Positions 33,428 through 41,031 of a stretch of 42,351 bases of DNA are shown piece after piece (within the stretch, counting starts at the first letter, position 1; the number at the start of each line of letters is the position of its first letter). The stretch lies in sequence record NC_025430.1; one strand, 5' to 3'. The notes under the pieces are model-generated. The model was not told where the DNA came from. It saw nothing but the letters and a program-made list of their open reading frames with translations, and searched no databases. This DNA comes from Escherichia phage vB_EcoM-ep3. Both the position numbers and the translations under genes were made by a program.

Positions 33428-33434
33428 TTTTTAC

Positions 33435-33460
33435 GGCCAGTCATTTGGCTGGCCATTTTC
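33435..33460 (+). terminator. Hairpin with short T-run after the tube gene (attenuator-type terminator)
   Basis: GGCCAG-N8-CTGGCC followed by ATTTTC. Confidence 0.4.
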
Positions 33461-33487
33461 AACAATCATTGTTTGAGGCGATAAGAA

Positions 33488-33772
33488 ATGGCTAAATTAC
33501 CTGATTATCTGAAATTCAACCACGAAACCGGCCACTGTGACATCACCCTGTCACGACCGCTGAAAATCGCAGGCGTTGACGTTTCCGTGCTGCGTATGCG
33601 CGAACCAACCGTGGCTGACCAGGAAATTGCAAGCGACATGGGCGGCAGCGATGCTGCGCGCGAAATACAGACGTTTGCCAACCTGTGTGAACAGGCACCT
33701 GATGACATCCGCCGCCTGCCGCTGAAAGATTACAAGCGTTTGCAATCCGCTTACATCAGTTTTTTAGATTAA
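33488..33772 (+). CDS. Tail assembly chaperone (P2 gpE-like)
   Basis: 94 aa. It lies between the tube and tape measure genes and ends at the slippery site. Confidence 0.8.
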   Translation: MAKLPDYLKFNHETGHCDITLSRPLKIAGVDVSVLRMREPTVADQEIASDMGGSDAAREIQTFANLCEQAPDDIRRLPLKDYKRLQSAYISFLD

Positions 33773-33903
33773 GCCCGGAATACATACGTGCGGGCGCTTT
33801 GGCGCTCGCAAGTCATACGGGCTGGCAGTTATCGGAAATTCAAAGGTTGCGGGTTTCCCGTTTTGTGTGGTGGTTGGAAGGATTGCCGAAGGCTAACAGC
33901 TAA
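33488..33903 (+). CDS. Tail assembly chaperone frameshift product (gpE+E'-like), made by -1 slip at 33760-33766
   Basis: After T_TTT_TTA, the -1 frame stays open for 45 more codons (RLSPEYIRAGALALASHTGWQLSEIQRLRVSRFVWWLEGLPKANS), ending at TAA 33901-33903. Confidence 0.7.
33760..33766 (+). promoter_or_regulatory. Programmed -1 ribosomal frameshift heptamer T_TTT_TTA
   Basis: An X_XXY_YYZ heptamer in the correct zero-frame phase (AGT TTT TTA), three codons before the gpE stop. Confidence 0.7.
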
Positions 33904-33908
33904 AACAA

Positions 33909-33938
33909 TTGAAGGTAAAGTAAATATGCGTGTATCAT
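33909..33938 (+). promoter_or_regulatory. Candidate promoter of the HNH gene
   Basis: TTGAAG (33909-33914), 18-nt spacer, TATCAT (33933-33938), in an A+T-rich spacer. Confidence 0.35.
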
Positions 33939-33974
33939 TATAAATAACTTTAAGTAATTTAGTGGTGGTGCACG

Positions 33975-34658
33975 ATGAAGAAAGTAACCAAGAGTGAGGC
34001 GATAGAGCAAGGGCTTAATTATTACTTTACTGGTAAGCCATGTAAGCATGGGCACGTCAGCGAAAGGTATATAAAAGGCGGAGCTTGCGTGGCTTGCCAG
34101 AGAATTAAAAGCAAAGAGTTCAGTAAAAACAATGTTGAATCAGAAAGGATTAGGAAGCATCTAGATTATCTTGCGCACAAGGAAGAAAGGAACGAGAGAA
34201 ATAAATCTTGGCAAAAAAGAAACAGGGCAAAAGTCTCAGAGTATGTTGCAAAATGGAGGAAAAAAAACAGGGAGAAGGTGAACGAAATGGCCGCTGAGTT
34301 AAGGCGCAAAAACCCAGAAAAGCAAAAAGAGGCTGACAGGAGATGGAGAGCAAAAAACAAACACAAGGTGGCCAAGAAAGACGGTCTTAAAAGGGCAGCA
34401 AAACTGGCAAGAATTCCAGTTTGGTTTGGTGAATTTGATGATTTTGTGATTCAGGAAGCGCACACGCTGGCAGCGTTAAGAGGTGATGAAACCGGAATAC
34501 CCTGGCACGTTGACCACATGTTGCCAATGAGGGGGAGAAAAATTTCCGGGTTACACTGCGCGCATAATATCCAGGTGATTCCGGCAGCCATGAATGTGAG
34601 AAAAATCAACAAAATGGTTTTGACCAACCCACTAGAGTGGTTACGCGATGGCGTCTAA
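33975..34658 (+). CDS. Free-standing HNH homing endonuclease
   Basis: 227 aa. N-terminal YFTGKPCKHGH...GACVACQR zinc motif. Four tandem ~13-aa basic repeats (W.K.N.EK type). C-terminal HNH core WHVDHMLPMRGRKISGLHCAHNIQVIPAAMNVRK. The region is markedly A-rich. Confidence 0.8.
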   Translation: MKKVTKSEAIEQGLNYYFTGKPCKHGHVSERYIKGGACVACQRIKSKEFSKNNVESERIRKHLDYLAHKEERNERNKSWQKRNRAKVSEYVAKWRKKNREKVNEMAAELRRKNPEKQKEADRRWRAKNKHKVAKKDGLKRAAKLARIPVWFGEFDDFVIQEAHTLAALRGDETGIPWHVDHMLPMRGRKISGLHCAHNIQVIPAAMNVRKINKMVLTNPLEWLRDGV

Positions 34659-37005
34659 CAAGAAATTATCTGCAACAATAGTAATTGGCGGTGCCGTATC
34701 CAGCAGCCTGAAAGGCGCATTCAGCACCGTCAAATCTTCCGTTGACCAGGTTGGCGCAGCAATGGCCAAACTGGAACGCGAGCAACGACAACTAACCAAC
34801 GCCATCCAGACGTTTGGCCGCCAGGGCAAAAACGTTGATTCACTGCGCGCCAAGTACGCCGCCAACGTTTCTGCGGTGGACAAACTGCGCGCAGCCACCG
34901 AACGCCTGAAACGCGTGGAGGATGCCCGCGAACGCAACCTGGCGAAGCGCGACCAATACAAAGATGGGATCATGGGCACCATTGCCCTGGGTGCCACTAT
35001 CGCCGCGCCAATCAAAGCCGCGATGGATTTTGAAAGCACCGTTGCCGACATCAAAAAGGTAGTGGATGCGCCGAAGGGTGCCGACGAAGATACTTTCTTC
35101 AAAGCCATCAGCAAACAGGTTTTGGATATGTCCAAAACCCTGCCGATGACGGCCAACGAAATTGGCCGCATCTTTGCGCTTGGCGGCCAGTCTGGCATCG
35201 CAGCCGAAGATTTGGGCAAGTTCACAGAATCAGCCGTAAAAATGGGCGTGGCGTTTGATGTCAGCGCGGAACAGGCTGGCCAGTCAATGGCGGAACTGCG
35301 TTCTGCTTTCGGCATGACGCAAGACCAGGTGAACACGCTGGCCGACCAGATGAACTACCTGGACAACAACGGCAGCGCCGCAGCAAAAGATATTCTGGAA
35401 ATCGTCCAGCGCGTTGGGCCGCTTGGCAAGGTTGCTGGCACTGCTGCCGGTCAGATCGCCGCGATGGCATCAACACTGCGCGGCATGGGTGTGCAGAATG
35501 AAGTTGCCGCAACCGGCATTCAAAACTTCATGCTGGCGCTCACTGCTGGTGATGCTGCCACGAAGTCACAGAGGGCGGCCCTTGCCGAATTAGGCTACGG
35601 TTCACGCGAAGTGGCGAAGTCAATGCAGTTGGATGCGCAAAAAACCATGACGGTGATTCTGAAACAAATCAGAAAACTACCGAAGTGGAAACAGGCGTCA
35701 GCACTAACTGATTTATTCGGCAAAGAGTCGATTAAGGCCATCGCACCACTGCTGGATCAGCTTGAACAGCTTGAAGATAACTTCGCAAAGGTAGCCGACA
35801 AATCGAAGTATGCCGGTTCCATGCAGAAAGAATTTGAAGCGCGCGCGGCCACCACAGCAAACCAGCTTATTTTGTTCCGTAACCAGATCACCGGCCTGGG
35901 CGTCACGATTGGTTCAGTCCTGCTTCCTGCGGTCAACAGCGTCCTGCAAACCGTTGGGCCGTGGATTGGCAAAATCACTGAACTGGCTGACGCGCACCCG
36001 GTTGTCACCAAAGCCATTGTGGCCACGGCTGGCGCACTAATTACCATGCGCATTGCCACGTTTGCGGCTGGCTTCGCTTTCACGTACCTGCGCGGCGGCG
36101 CGCTGCGTGTTGTGGGTGCCCTGGCTGGTGCCCGCGCACAGATGGCACTGACGGCGGTTTCCGCGCGTGCAGTGGGTGCCGCAGCTACCGTGGCCAACGG
36201 CGGCCTGGTGGGCATGGCATCACGTGGAATCCCTGCCGTTGTTACTGGCGTGCGCGCCATCGGTGCGGCGTTCATTTCCACCGGCATTGGTGCCCTGATT
36301 ACCGGCCTGGCGCTTGGCGGCCTGTGGATTTACCGCAATTGGGCTGGCGTCAAAGCGTTCATGACCGGCACTTTGCAGGGCATCCAGCAAGGGTTGCAGC
36401 CTGTTACGGAGAAATTCCAGGCGCTGTGGGATAAGTTAGGACCAGTCAAAACCGCTTTCCAGTGGGTTGCTGACGCTGCTGGCAAGGCGTGGGATTGGTT
36501 CACCAAACTGGCCGAACCGGTGAGCTACAGCGGCGAAGAACTGAAAAAGGCCGGTGACGCTGGCCAGCAGTTCGGCAAGGCGCTGGCGGCAGGTATTGAT
36601 TTTGTGTTGGGGCCGATTCAGTTCCTGATTGATAAGATCATTTGGGTTTCTGACAACATTGGCGCGCTGACGCAAAAAGCCGTTGAGTTCAAAAACAGCG
36701 TTTCTGACATGGCTGGTGGTGCCTGGCAGAAAACGAAAGACTTTTTCAGCAACCCGTTTGGCGATGACGCGCCGCAGGGCAACGCGCTGACGACGCCGCA
36801 GACACCGGCCAGCGCATTGCCAGCGCCTGCCCTGGCGAACCGTGGCGGCAGTACATACACCGACAGCAGCACAACCACCATTCAGGTGACGCAGCGCCCT
36901 GGTGAGAACAACGCAGACCTGGCCAAACGCATTGCCGACGAACAGGAGCGCCGACGCCAAGTGCGCCAGCGCAGCATGATGAATGACGGAGTGACGGCAC
37001 CATGA
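34648..37005 (+). CDS. Tail tape measure protein
   Basis: 785 aa. N-terminal coiled coil, a conserved TMP core (ANEIGRIFALGGQSGIAAEDLGKFTESAVKMGVAFD) and Gly/Ala-rich hydrophobic segments. Its position is typical for a tape measure gene. Confidence 0.9.
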   Translation: MASNKKLSATIVIGGAVSSSLKGAFSTVKSSVDQVGAAMAKLEREQRQLTNAIQTFGRQGKNVDSLRAKYAANVSAVDKLRAATERLKRVEDARERNLAKRDQYKDGIMGTIALGATIAAPIKAAMDFESTVADIKKVVDAPKGADEDTFFKAISKQVLDMSKTLPMTANEIGRIFALGGQSGIAAEDLGKFTESAVKMGVAFDVSAEQAGQSMAELRSAFGMTQDQVNTLADQMNYLDNNGSAAAKDILEIVQRVGPLGKVAGTAAGQIAAMASTLRGMGVQNEVAATGIQNFMLALTAGDAATKSQRAALAELGYGSREVAKSMQLDAQKTMTVILKQIRKLPKWKQASALTDLFGKESIKAIAPLLDQLEQLEDNFAKVADKSKYAGSMQKEFEARAATTANQLILFRNQITGLGVTIGSVLLPAVNSVLQTVGPWIGKITELADAHPVVTKAIVATAGALITMRIATFAAGFAFTYLRGGALRVVGALAGARAQMALTAVSARAVGAAATVANGGLVGMASRGIPAVVTGVRAIGAAFISTGIGALITGLALGGLWIYRNWAGVKAFMTGTLQGIQQGLQPVTEKFQALWDKLGPVKTAFQWVADAAGKAWDWFTKLAEPVSYSGEELKKAGDAGQQFGKALAAGIDFVLGPIQFLIDKIIWVSDNIGALTQKAVEFKNSVSDMAGGAWQKTKDFFSNPFGDDAPQGNALTTPQTPASALPAPALANRGGSTYTDSSTTTIQVTQRPGENNADLAKRIADEQERRRQVRQRSMMNDGVTAP

Positions 37006-37412
37006 CCAGTTTCACGATTTTAACCGGGCAGACCAACATCATGATGATGTTGGGCGGCTTCCAGTTCTGCATCCTTACTGCGGCATATCAGGAACTGAAC
37101 CGCCACAGCGAATATAAGTGGCCATCGCAGCACCGCTTTGGCCTGCGCCCATCATCGCAATTCGTGGGCATCGGAGAGGAAACCATCACCCTGGCTGGCA
37201 TCATTTACCCTGAATACCGTGGCGGGTTTCAGCAGGTGGAGCAAATGCGCAGCATGGCTGGCCGTGGTCAGCCGCTGTTGCTGGTTGATGGCCTGGGCAA
37301 ACTGTGGGGCCGTTGGGTGATTGAAGCTATTGACGAAAAACAATCATTGTTTGCGGCGTTCGGTGCGCCGCGCAAACAGGAATTCAATTTGCAACTGCGG
37401 CGGTTCAACTGA
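37002..37412 (+). CDS. Tail protein (P2 gpU-like)
   Basis: The MMMLGGFQFCILTAAYQELNRHSEYKWPSQHRFG pattern is gpU-like. It has an ATGA overlap with the tape measure stop. An alternative start is ATG 37041. Confidence 0.8.
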   Translation: MTSFTILTGQTNIMMMLGGFQFCILTAAYQELNRHSEYKWPSQHRFGLRPSSQFVGIGEETITLAGIIYPEYRGGFQQVEQMRSMAGRGQPLLLVDGLGKLWGRWVIEAIDEKQSLFAAFGAPRKQEFNLQLRRFN

Positions 37413-37621
37413 TGCAAACTTACATTACCAAAGACGGTGACACGGCGGATTACATCGCCTGGAAATACTACGGCAACCAGGATGCGGGCACCGTGGAAGC
37501 ACTGGTGGACGCCAACAAGGGGCTGGCCGACCGTGGGCCTGTGTTGCCTGCTGGCCTGGTCATCAACCTGCCGGAAATTACGACACCAGCGACCACGCAA
37601 GGTATCAAATTATGGGATTGA
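37412..37621 (+). CDS. Tail protein X (P2 gpX-like, LysM-type fold)
   Basis: 69 aa. YITKDGDTADYIAWKYYGNQDAGTVEALVDANKGLADRGPVLPAGLVINLP is the gpX signature. Confidence 0.8.
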   Translation: MQTYITKDGDTADYIAWKYYGNQDAGTVEALVDANKGLADRGPVLPAGLVINLPEITTPATTQGIKLWD

Positions 37622-38718
37622 CTGGAATTGCGCCAGCGTTTCGCGTGCTGGCCAACGGCGATGACATCACCGCCAAAATCAATGAACGACTGATAAGCCT
37701 TAGTCTGTCTGACGGCGTGGGGCTGGAATCTGACACGCTGGAAATCAGCCTGGCGGATGATGAACCGGCCAACCCAATCCAGATGCCGGAAACAGGCGCA
37801 GAACTGGAACTGTTCCTGGGCTATGACAACTGGACCCAACGCATGGGCCTGTTTATCTGTGACGAAGTGGAACTGGCTGGCTGGCCAGGCACCATGACCA
37901 TCAGGGCGCGCGCTGCCACCTATGACAAGTCAAAGGGCGGCAAAACCGACCTGCAAACGCAGAAATCACGAAGCTGGACCAAAGGCACGAAGTTTGGCGA
38001 CATGGTGAAGAAGATAGCCAGCGAACACGGCATGGAATCCGCCGTGTCAGAAAGCATGGCCAAAATCACCCTGCCCCACACCGACCAGGCCGATGAATCT
38101 GACCTGAACCTGTTGCTGCGCCTCGCCAAGAAATATGACGGCGTAGTGAAGCCAGCAGGCGGCAAAATCACGGTCACGAAGAAAGGCGAAGGCAAGACGG
38201 CCAGCGGCGAAGAACTGCCAACCATCACGCTGACGGCGCAGGATTGCACCGCATTCAGGCTGACCAGCCAGAAGCGCGAAAACGCAGGCACGGTGGTGGC
38301 TTACTACCAGGTGACGAAGAAGGCCGCGCGCAACGAAGTGAAGGTGGGCGAAGGTGAGCCGGTCAAACGGATTGGCAAATACTACCCGACGCAGGCAATG
38401 GCCCTGGACGCTGCCAAAGCCGAACTGGCCAAGCGCCAGCGCAACCAGGTGACCGTTGCCGTTACGCTGCCGGGTGACCCATCCATTGCCGCAGAATGCA
38501 AACTGGTGCTGGTTGGGTTCCGTGATGGCATTGATGGCGAATGGCTGATTACCCGCGCAGATCACCGGCTGGATGACAACGGCTATTCTTGCGACGTGGA
38601 AGCAACGAAGCCGAACAGCGAAGAAGAACCGAAGGTGGAAGTTATCGAGCGCAAGAAGCCGCAAGAAAGCGACCCGCCTGACGATGATGGCCCTGGGCAC
38701 GTCATCGAAGAAAAATAA
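37612..38718 (+). CDS. Tail/late control protein D (P2 gpD-like)
   Basis: 368 aa. APAFRVLANGDDITAKINERLISLSLSDGVGLESDTLEISLADD is the GPD signature. Confidence 0.85.
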   Translation: MGLTGIAPAFRVLANGDDITAKINERLISLSLSDGVGLESDTLEISLADDEPANPIQMPETGAELELFLGYDNWTQRMGLFICDEVELAGWPGTMTIRARAATYDKSKGGKTDLQTQKSRSWTKGTKFGDMVKKIASEHGMESAVSESMAKITLPHTDQADESDLNLLLRLAKKYDGVVKPAGGKITVTKKGEGKTASGEELPTITLTAQDCTAFRLTSQKRENAGTVVAYYQVTKKAARNEVKVGEGEPVKRIGKYYPTQAMALDAAKAELAKRQRNQVTVAVTLPGDPSIAAECKLVLVGFRDGIDGEWLITRADHRLDDNGYSCDVEATKPNSEEEPKVEVIERKKPQESDPPDDDGPGHVIEEK

Positions 38719-38730
38719 CAACAAACATTG

Positions 38731-38760
38731 TTGTAATCATTCTACATCATCGTATATCAT
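38731..38760 (+). promoter_or_regulatory. Candidate promoter of the post-tail accessory operon
   Basis: TTGTAA (38731-38736), 16-nt spacer, TATATC (38753-38758). It is preceded by hairpin ACAACAA-ACA-TTGTTGT (38718-38734) and followed by a 5'-UTR hairpin (38769-38789). Confidence 0.45.
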
Positions 38761-38810
38761 TACCTTAACCGGGCGGATAACCTGCCCGGATAAATAACGA
38801 GGTAATGCCC

Positions 38811-39284
38811 ATGTGTTTATTACTTTCCCACTCTATCGCCGGAACCGGCGGACCGTACCCACAACCTAAAAATAACGGCTGGATTGATTGGCATGGTGGT
38901 GAATGTCCGGTGGATAGTGACGAAATTGTTGAGGTCAAATTCCGTGAACCTTGCCCGATTCATTTCAGTAATGACAGAGCAGGAGATTTTACATGGCTTC
39001 ATTATGGACATACCGCCGACATCATTGCTTACAGACTGGTGAACAAGCATGAATTAGAAACCGCTTGCATTGATGTGAAGCGCGATGCTGTCAAATCCAA
39101 TGATGCGCAGTTAGAAGCCGACCTGAATGACTGCATTGGCCAGCCGCAAAGCGATGACGATGCGCGTGATGAAATACTTTACGAACTGGCTAACTTTGCG
39201 GCCACTACAAAAACCAGTCTTGACATTGGTGTTGCCACAGAAATTGCAATTTGGCTTTCTGGCAAAGGTTATCGTAAACAATGA
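38811..39284 (+). CDS. Hypothetical accessory protein
   Basis: The start is placed at ATG 38811, 8 nt after GAGG; ATG 38805 is only 2 nt from the RBS. It contains GWIDWHGGECPVDSDEIVEVKFR...WLHYGHTADIIAYRLV and an acidic C-terminal half. Confidence 0.55.
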   Translation: MCLLLSHSIAGTGGPYPQPKNNGWIDWHGGECPVDSDEIVEVKFREPCPIHFSNDRAGDFTWLHYGHTADIIAYRLVNKHELETACIDVKRDAVKSNDAQLEADLNDCIGQPQSDDDARDEILYELANFAATTKTSLDIGVATEIAIWLSGKGYRKQ

Positions 39285-39364
39285 TTGTTAAAAAACGCGA
39301 TCTGCCCATCATTATTGTATGGGCTTCATTTCTAATCACTTCATTTGTATTGGGATTTATGTAA
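39281..39364 (+). CDS. 27-aa membrane peptide (below the ORF-track cutoff)
   Basis: MIVKKRDLPIIIVWASFLITSFVLGFM. Its ATG overlaps the upstream stop (ATGA) and its TAA abuts the ParB-like ATG at 39365. Confidence 0.45.
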   Translation: MIVKKRDLPIIIVWASFLITSFVLGFM

Positions 39365-40240
39365 ATGGCTACTATCGGGCAACTGTATAAATCAAAACAA
39401 ACCGCAGCAACGCCGCGCAAGGTGTTTTGGGTGCCGCTGGCTGAACTGTATGTGGAAGATGGCTACAACATCCGCGACGTGGACCAGGCGCACGTTGAAG
39501 AATTCCGCGATGCGTACCTGGCCGGTGAATATGTGCCGCCGCTGACCGTGGAAGTGACGCAGCAGGGCATCAAGGTGATTGATGGCCACCACCGCTTTGC
39601 CGGTGCAAAGATGGCCGCAGAAACCGGCCTGGAACTGCGCCTGGAAGTGAACGACATCACCGGCACCAGTGAGGCTGACAAAATCGCGCTGATGGTCACC
39701 AGCAGCCAGGGCAAGCCGCTGGAACCGCTGGAACGCGCCAAAGCCTATTCGCGCCTGAAAGCGCAGGGCTGGACCAATGACGAGATAGCCAAGAAGGTGA
39801 AGCGCAGCCCGTCAGACGTGGCCAACATGCTGGCCCTGGCTGAATGCCCGGAACCCATCAAAGACATGGTGCGCGGTGGCCAGATGTCCTACGTGACCGC
39901 CACCGAACTGACCCGCCAGCACGGCACCGAAGCCGAAGCCGTGGCCGCACAGGCGCTGGAAGAAGCCAAAGCCGCTGGCAAGGATAAAGTAACAAAGAAA
40001 TTCACCGAACCGAAGGCACCAAAAGCGCCGAAGGCCAAGCCGGAAGCAATCCAGCCACCGTTCGGCAAAGACAAGCTGACGCGCCTGGCTGACCTGGCCG
40101 TGCAAATCGAACTGGTCCACAGCGATGAACGCCTGGAAGATGCCGAGCCTGACGAATCCATGACCCTGCGCGCACCTGCTGGCGTGGTGCGTGAATTCAT
40201 GGCGCTGGTGGCTGACTACGTGGGCGGGGTGCCGGAATGA
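39365..40240 (+). CDS. ParB N-terminal (ParB/sulfiredoxin-like nuclease) domain protein
   Basis: 291 aa. VPLAELYVEDGYNIRD...VIDGHHRFAGAKMA is the ParB-N motif. A central HTH-like region (TNDEIAKKVKRSPSDVANMLAL) is followed by a Lys/Pro/Ala-rich linker. Confidence 0.75.
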   Translation: MATIGQLYKSKQTAATPRKVFWVPLAELYVEDGYNIRDVDQAHVEEFRDAYLAGEYVPPLTVEVTQQGIKVIDGHHRFAGAKMAAETGLELRLEVNDITGTSEADKIALMVTSSQGKPLEPLERAKAYSRLKAQGWTNDEIAKKVKRSPSDVANMLALAECPEPIKDMVRGGQMSYVTATELTRQHGTEAEAVAAQALEEAKAAGKDKVTKKFTEPKAPKAPKAKPEAIQPPFGKDKLTRLADLAVQIELVHSDERLEDAEPDESMTLRAPAGVVREFMALVADYVGGVPE

Positions 40241-40548
40241 AAGGCGAACTGAAAGCCGGTGGCCTGGCGCTGGTGATTGGTAACAACCCGCACGCTGGGA
40301 AGTGTGTAACGCTGGTTCGTTTTGTAACCCCTGGCCAGATGTTTAACATTCCTACAGGCGGAGAGACTTTCTTATCTCTGAAAGCCGATGCCTCATGGTT
40401 GGTGACCGGAAATGTTTATCCAAAAGGATGTGAACATGATCAAGGCTGGTCGCTTTTTGCGCCAAGATGCCTGCTGCCAATCGACGGCGACGACCACCAG
40501 GAACAGGAACAACTAACCAAAGACAAACCAGCCGAACTGACGGCGTAA
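40237..40548 (+). CDS. Hypothetical accessory protein
   Basis: 103 aa with an ATGA overlap to the ParB-like gene. Confidence 0.55.
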   Translation: MKGELKAGGLALVIGNNPHAGKCVTLVRFVTPGQMFNIPTGGETFLSLKADASWLVTGNVYPKGCEHDQGWSLFAPRCLLPIDGDDHQEQEQLTKDKPAELTA

Positions 40549-40557
40549 GGGGCATAT

Positions 40558-40779
40558 GTGAAACTGCGAAAAGTGGATGTGAAAGGAACCTATAACATCA
40601 GGTTCATCATTTCGATGACGGCAAGTGATGGCCGTGAGGCGTGCTGGTATCTTGAAACAGTAGAACGTTCTCTGAATAAAGCAGATAAGGGGAACTGGCG
40701 TAATGCAATAGCAGCCGATCTGCTACGAGGACGCCAGGCGCTGCGTGACATTATAAACAACCTAGCCGGTGAGGCGTAA
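40558..40779 (+). CDS. Hypothetical accessory protein
   Basis: GTG start 5 nt after AAGGGG; 73 aa. Confidence 0.5.
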   Translation: MKLRKVDVKGTYNIRFIISMTASDGREACWYLETVERSLNKADKGNWRNAIAADLLRGRQALRDIINNLAGEA

Positions 40780-40788
40780 GGGGATAGT

Positions 40789-40968
40789 GTGGAAGAAATA
40801 GAATACGTTGTAACACTGAAAATGGAAGATGGCGCGATGTATGAGGCTTTACGCGCCACCGCAACCAAAGATGGTGATCTATCTGTGCAGGCACCAGACC
40901 AGGAAGCCCTACTGGCAGTCCTGGATAAGATGCAGGAAATGATAGATTATATCCGTGAAAACATGTAA
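40789..40968 (+). CDS. Hypothetical accessory protein (59 aa, below the ORF-track cutoff)
   Basis: GTG start 5 nt after AAGGGG, in a junction nearly identical to the previous one. The product is VEEIEYVVTLKMEDGAMYEALRATATKDGDLSVQAPDQEALLAVLDKMQEMIDYIRENM. Confidence 0.5.
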   Translation: MEEIEYVVTLKMEDGAMYEALRATATKDGDLSVQAPDQEALLAVLDKMQEMIDYIRENM

Positions 40969-40974
40969 CACACA

Positions 40975-41000
40975 GCCCGCCTCTTCGGCGGGCTTTTTGT
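40975..41000 (+). terminator. Rho-independent terminator ending the rightward late/accessory genes
   Basis: GCCCGCC-TCTTC-GGCGGGC followed by TTTTTGTT. Confidence 0.8.
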
Positions 41001-41031
41001 TGGTGGCGACCCAGGAAGGAATCGAACCTGT
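41001..41031 (-). other. tRNA 3'-end fragment (T-loop, acceptor strand, CCA); not an intact tRNA
   Basis: Minus strand reads CAGGTTCGATTCCTTCCTGGGTCGCCACCA. The T-loop GGTTCGATTCC and the terminal CCA are present, but no matching 5' acceptor strand, D arm or anticodon arm lies upstream. Confidence 0.6.

Noticed and set aside
33461-33475. 15-nt exact repeat AACAATCATTGTTTG, also at 37339-37353
   Set aside because: About one exact 15-mer pair is expected by chance in 42 kb. One copy is intergenic and the other is inside the gpU gene, with no shared context.
34641-35336. 231-codon minus-strand ORF, plus further minus-strand ORFs at 35757-36287 and 36436-36960
   Set aside because: They are antisense to the tape measure gene, which has clear TMP sequence features. 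Their products are low-complexity (Ala/Ser/Arg-rich) and they have no start context.
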